DNA of 64,000 bases from Candidatus Eiseniibacteriota bacterium (GTDB lineage: Bacteria > Eisenbacteria > RBG-16-71-46). Shown piece by piece: positions 60,001 through 64,000 of this stretch. The DNA lies in the NCBI GenBank assembly GCA_963744995.1, contig CAVUWA010000005.1:96001-160000 (forward strand), in the 5' to 3' direction. Numbering within the stretch: position 1 is the first letter of the stretch; every line of letters starts with the position of its first letter. The translations under genes were made by a program, and so were the position numbers. The notes under the pieces were generated by a model that ran no database searches, was not told the origin of the DNA, and saw only the letters and a list, made by a program, of their open reading frames with translations.

Positions 60001-61398
60001 CTAGATGTGGATCGCCCGCTTCCCGACCGCCAGCGCCGCTTCCCTGATCGCCTCGGGCAGCGTCGGGTGGGCGTGCACCGAGCGGGCGATGTCCTCGGCA
60101 CTCGCGCCGAACTCGATCGCGACCGCCAGCTCCGCGATCAGGTCGCTCGCCCGCGGGCCCAGGATGTGGGCGCCCAGCAGCCGATCGGTCGCGGCATCGG
60201 CGAGCACCTTCACCTGCCCGTCCACCTCACCCATCGCCCGGGCCCGCCCGTTGGCCATGAAGGGGAAAATCCCGATCCGGATTTCGCGGCCCTCGGCCGT
60301 GGCCTCGGCCTCGGTCATCCCCACGCCGGCGAGTTCCGGCCAGGTGTAGACGATGCTCGGGATCGCCTCGTAGGGCACGTGGACCGGCAGGCCGGCCATC
60401 CCCTCGACGGCGGCGATTCCCTCCTCTTCGGCCTTGTGCGCGAGCATCGGACCCGGGATCACATCGCCGATGGCGAAGATTCCCGGAACCCTGGTCTCGA
60501 AACGCTCGTTCACGACCACCCGGCCGCGCGGATCGAGCTCCACGCCCACCGCCTCCAGCCCCGCCCCCTCGGTGAACGGGCGGCGCCCCACGGCGACGAG
60601 CAGCACGTCGCAGGTCTCCTCCACCTGCTCATCGCCGATCGCGATCGTCACGCGCACGGCGTCGCCCCGGACCTCGGCCGTCCGGGCCGAGGCGCCGAGC
60701 GTGAAGTGCATGCCCTGCTTCTCGAGCACGCGTTTGAGCATCGCGCCGCTCTTGGCGTCCATCCCCGGCACGATGCGGTCCATGTACTCGAATACTCGCA
60801 CCTCGGCGCCGAGCCGCATCCATACCGAGCCGAGCTCGAGGCCGATCGCACCGGCGCCGATCACGATCAGGCGCCCCGGCACCTCCGGCAGCGTGAGCGC
60901 GTCGGTCGAATGGACGATACGACGGCCGTCCCAGGCGATGCCCGGAAGCGCCGCCGGCCGGCTCCCGGTCGCGATCAGGATCCGCTCCGTGTGGAGCGCA
61001 CGCACGGCGCCCTCGTGATGGACCTCCACGCGCCCCGCGGCGAGCACCTTCCCCGTGCCGCGGATGCCGTCCACCTTGTTCTTGCGGAACAGGCCCGCAA
61101 CGCCCTGGGTGAGCCCCTTCACCACTTTGTCCTTGCGGGCCATCATGGTCGGCAGATCGAGCGACACCTCGGCGCGGATTCCGTGTGCGGCGAAGCCGTG
61201 CCGCGCGTTCGCGAAGTGTTCGCTGGAGTCCAGCAGCGCCTTGCTCGGAATGCAGCCGACGTTGAGGCACGTGCCGCCGAACGAGGGGTACCGCTCGACG
61301 CAGGCGGTCTTCATCCCGAGCTGCGCCGCGCGGATCGCGGCGACATAGCCTCCCGGACCCGAGCCGATCACGACCAGGTCGTAGTGCGGATCCGCCAT
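60001..61398 (-). CDS. lpdA: Dihydrolipoamide dehydrogenase
   Basis: GSGPGGYVAAIRAAQLG, GGTCLNVGCIPSK and HAHPTLPE. Confidence 0.97.
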   Translation of the reverse strand: MADPHYDLVVIGSGPGGYVAAIRAAQLGMKTACVERYPSFGGTCLNVGCIPSKALLDSSEHFANARHGFAAHGIRAEVSLDLPTMMARKDKVVKGLTQGVAGLFRKNKVDGIRGTGKVLAAGRVEVHHEGAVRALHTERILIATGSRPAALPGIAWDGRRIVHSTDALTLPEVPGRLIVIGAGAIGLELGSVWMRLGAEVRVFEYMDRIVPGMDAKSGAMLKRVLEKQGMHFTLGASARTAEVRGDAVRVTIAIGDEQVEETCDVLLVAVGRRPFTEGAGLEAVGVELDPRGRVVVNERFETRVPGIFAIGDVIPGPMLAHKAEEEGIAAVEGMAGLPVHVPYEAIPSIVYTWPELAGVGMTEAEATAEGREIRIGIFPFMANGRARAMGEVDGQVKVLADAATDRLLGAHILGPRASDLIAELAVAIEFGASAEDIARSVHAHPTLPEAIREAALAVGKRAIHI

Positions 61399-61401
61399 GG
61401 G

Positions 61402-62802
61402 CTACACGCCCAGCAGCATGCGTTCGGGATCCTCGAGTCGCTCCTTCACGCGCACGAGGAACGTCACGGCCTGCTCGCCGTCCACGATACGGTGGTCGTA
61501 GGAGAGCGCCACGTACATCATCGGCCGCACTCGGATCTGGTCGTCCGAACCGACCACGGCGCGCTTTTCGATCTTGTGCATGCCGAGAATTCCGCTCTGC
61601 GGCGGATTGAGGATCGGCGTGGACAGCAGCGAGCCATAGACGCCGCCGTTGGAGATCGTGAAACTGCCGCCCGAGAGCTCGTCGAGGGTGATCGAGCCGT
61701 CGCGGGCGCGGGCGGCAAGGCGTGCGATCTCGCGCTCGATCCCGGCGAAGTCGAGCTGCTCGGCCTGCTTCACCACCGGCACCACCAGGCCGCGGTCGGT
61801 GCCGACCGCGACGCCGAGGTGCACGTGACGGCGGTAGACGATGTCGGTGCCGCGGATCTCGGCGTTGATCTCGGGGATTTCGTGCAGCGCAAGGATCGAG
61901 GCGCGCGCGAAGAAACTCATGAAGCCGAGTCTGACGCCGTGCTTCTTCTCGAAGTCCGCCCTGTAGCGGGCGCGCAGGGCGAGGACTTCGGTCATGTCGA
62001 TCTCGTTGAAGGTGGTGAGGATCGCCGCGGTCTGGTGCGCACGCACCAGCTTCTCGGCGATCCGCTGGCGGATCCGGGTCATGGGCACCGCGCGCTCGGT
62101 CTCGCCGCTCTCCCAGGTGACGAGGCCCGACGCGGTCCTGACCGCGTCGGGCGACGCGTGCGCGGGGGCCGTGGCCATCGCCAGGGCGCGCAGACCACCG
62201 GCCGGCGGCGGCAGCGGACCGCCCGTCGGGGCCTTCTCCTCCACGCGCGGCGCGGCCGCTGCCGGCCGGGTCGCGGCCTCCGTCCCGGCGTCGGTCCCGA
62301 GATGGCGCAGCACGTCTTCCTTGAGCAGCCTTCCGCCCCGGCCGCTGGCTTCGATGGCGCGCGGGTCGAGTCCGTGCTGCTCGACCATGCGCCGCACGGC
62401 CGGGCCGAGCGCGGGGGCACCGTCGCCGCCTGCGCTGGGGGCTGCGGGCTCGTCGCCGTTGGCAGGCGGCGCCGCCTTGGCGCCGGCGGGCGCCGCGGCC
62501 GGACCCGGCGCGGGCTTCGCGCCCGGCGCGGGCTTACCGGAGGATGCGGGCCTGGCGGCCGGCGCCGCGGAGGGATCGATCGTCGCGATCACCTCTCCCA
62601 CCTGCACGCGGTCGCCGGGCTTCTTCAAATGTTTGAGTGCGCCCGCCCGGTCGGCGGCGATCTCGACGGCGGCCTTGTCGGTCTCGAGCGTCGCGATCGG
62701 CTCGTCGACCCGCACCGCCTCGCCGTCCGCCTTGAGCCACTCGACGAGCACCGCCTCGGTGATCGACTCGGCGAGCGGGGGAATCTTGACGTCCGCGCTC
62801 AT
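61402..62802 (-). CDS. sucB: 2-oxoglutarate dehydrogenase E2
   Basis: ETDKA lipoyl domain, GRGGRLLKED and LSYDHRIVDG. Confidence 0.96.
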   Translation of the reverse strand: MSADVKIPPLAESITEAVLVEWLKADGEAVRVDEPIATLETDKAAVEIAADRAGALKHLKKPGDRVQVGEVIATIDPSAAPAARPASSGKPAPGAKPAPGPAAAPAGAKAAPPANGDEPAAPSAGGDGAPALGPAVRRMVEQHGLDPRAIEASGRGGRLLKEDVLRHLGTDAGTEAATRPAAAAPRVEEKAPTGGPLPPPAGGLRALAMATAPAHASPDAVRTASGLVTWESGETERAVPMTRIRQRIAEKLVRAHQTAAILTTFNEIDMTEVLALRARYRADFEKKHGVRLGFMSFFARASILALHEIPEINAEIRGTDIVYRRHVHLGVAVGTDRGLVVPVVKQAEQLDFAGIEREIARLAARARDGSITLDELSGGSFTISNGGVYGSLLSTPILNPPQSGILGMHKIEKRAVVGSDDQIRVRPMMYVALSYDHRIVDGEQAVTFLVRVKERLEDPERMLLGV

Positions 62803-64000
62803 CGCACCGCCTCGCGGCGGGCGGCCGCGCCGCGCCCGGCGCGCGGCACCGCGGCCGGCTCGAACGCTTCGTCGATGAGCGCCTTCTCCTGCTCCACGTG
62901 CCGCTGGTAGTAGCCCGTCGCCGGACTCGCCGCCGAGGATCGCGCCACCAGGCGCAGCGCGGCCTCCGCGGGCAGCACCGCCTCCAGGCGGTGCCGGATC
63001 GCGCGCCACGCCCCCATGTTGGCCGGCTCCTCCTGCACCCAGCGCACGTCGGCCGCCGCCGGGAACCGCTCGAGAATCGCCGCGAGCTCGCGGCCCGGGA
63101 ACGGATAGAGCTGCTCCACCCGCACCAGCGCGGTGTCCGAGGTGCTGCGCTCGTCGCGCGCCTCGAGCAGCGAGTAGTAGAGCTTGCCGGAGACCAGCAG
63201 CACGCGATGGATCTCACGCGGGTCCCGCACGGTGACGTCGTCGAGGACGGTCTCGAACGCGCCTTCGGTGAGTGCCTTCACCGGCGAGACCGCGGCACGG
63301 TGCCGGAGCAGGCTCTTCGGGCTCGTGATCACCAGGGGTTTCCTGAACGCGCGGTGGATCTGGCGGCGCAGCGCGTGAAACAGCTGGGCCGGCGTCGTCA
63401 GATTGCAGACCTGCATGTTGCCGTTCGCGCACAGCTCGAGGAAGCGCTCGAGGCGCGCGCTCGAGTGCTCGGGCCCCTGCCCCTCGTAGCCGTGCGGCAG
63501 CAGCAGAGCGATACCGGTCATGCGCCCCCACTTGCTCTCGGCACTGGCGATGAACTGATCGATGTAGACCTGCGCGACGTTGGCGAAGTCGCCGAACTGC
63601 GCTTCCCACACCGTGAGCGTGTTCGGGTCGGCGACGCTGTAGCCGTACTCGAAGCCGAGCGCGGCGGCCTCGCTGAGCATGGTGTCGATGAGGTCGAAGC
63701 GTCCCTGGGTCTCGCCGAGGTGCTGGAGCGGCACGTAAGCGTGTCCGTCCTCCGCGTCGCGCAGCCGCGCGTGCCGATGCGAGAACGTGCCGCGCCCGGT
63801 ATCCTGGCCGGACATGCGCACGCCGTAACCCTCGGCGAGCAGCGTGCCCAGCGCCAGCGCTTCGCCAAGGCCCCAGTCGATCCGGTCCTCGGCGATCATG
63901 CGACGCCGCTCCTCGTTGAGCGAACCGACCTTGCGGTGCGGGTGGAAGCCCTCGGGCACGCGGGTGAGCGCTTCCATCACCCGGTCGAGCGCCTCGCGCG
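62799..64000 (-). CDS. sucA: 2-oxoglutarate dehydrogenase E1, 3' part
   Basis: RGTFSHRH, WEAQFGDFAN, LPHGYEGQGPEHSSARLERFL and QEEPANMG. Confidence 0.97.
   Translation of the reverse strand, partial: REALDRVMEALTRVPEGFHPHRKVGSLNEERRRMIAEDRIDWGLGEALALGTLLAEGYGVRMSGQDTGRGTFSHRHARLRDAEDGHAYVPLQHLGETQGRFDLIDTMLSEAAALGFEYGYSVADPNTLTVWEAQFGDFANVAQVYIDQFIASAESKWGRMTGIALLLPHGYEGQGPEHSSARLERFLELCANGNMQVCNLTTPAQLFHALRRQIHRAFRKPLVITSPKSLLRHRAAVSPVKALTEGAFETVLDDVTVRDPREIHRVLLVSGKLYYSLLEARDERSTSDTALVRVEQLYPFPGRELAAILERFPAAADVRWVQEEPANMGAWRAIRHRLEAVLPAEAALRLVARSSAASPATGYYQRHVEQEKALIDEAFEPAAVPRAGRGAAARREAVR

Noticed and set aside
59842..62910. Very long alternative ORFs (1022 aa here; also 23062-25986, 54949-57351, 40878-43067)
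   Set aside because: They are antisense shadows of clear genes, as expected at this GC content, and are Arg/Ala-rich with no motifs.

Overview
This is a very GC-rich, gene-dense bacterial window. FlgD-Ig/T9SS-like C-terminal domains, a PorV-like gene and 'WGxxKxxYR' tails suggest an FCB-group candidate phylum such as Ca. Eisenbacteria, but that is an inference. In order it contains: (1) a secreted Memo-family protein and a surface glycoconjugate acylation module (AMP-ligase, ACP, acyltransferase, ArnT-like glycosyltransferase, flippase); (2) a likely sigma54-driven operon with a hexaheme cytochrome, HybA/HybB, a heme/Cys-rich histidine kinase, a response regulator and a receiver-GcvH fusion; (3) a secreted repeat protein flanked by a 39-bp direct repeat; (4) a ~16-kb alpha-glucan locus with no SusC/D, built from FlgD-tailed proteins, a PorV-like protein, two outer-membrane barrels (one fused to CBM48), CBM lipoproteins and a GH13 enzyme; (5) a doubly frameshifted Ser/Thr kinase; (6) a ~14-kb respiratory island with 73 CxxCH motifs and two convergent Rieske/cytochrome b/9-heme modules, one cytochrome b lacking both heme bH ligands and carrying PPWY instead of PEWY; (7) a MalK-like ATPase, CBM20-esterase, DedA and MBL hydrolase; (8) sucA-sucB-lpdA. 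No rRNA, tRNA, CRISPR array or transposase was recognised. All family assignments come from motif recognition by eye, not from database searches.
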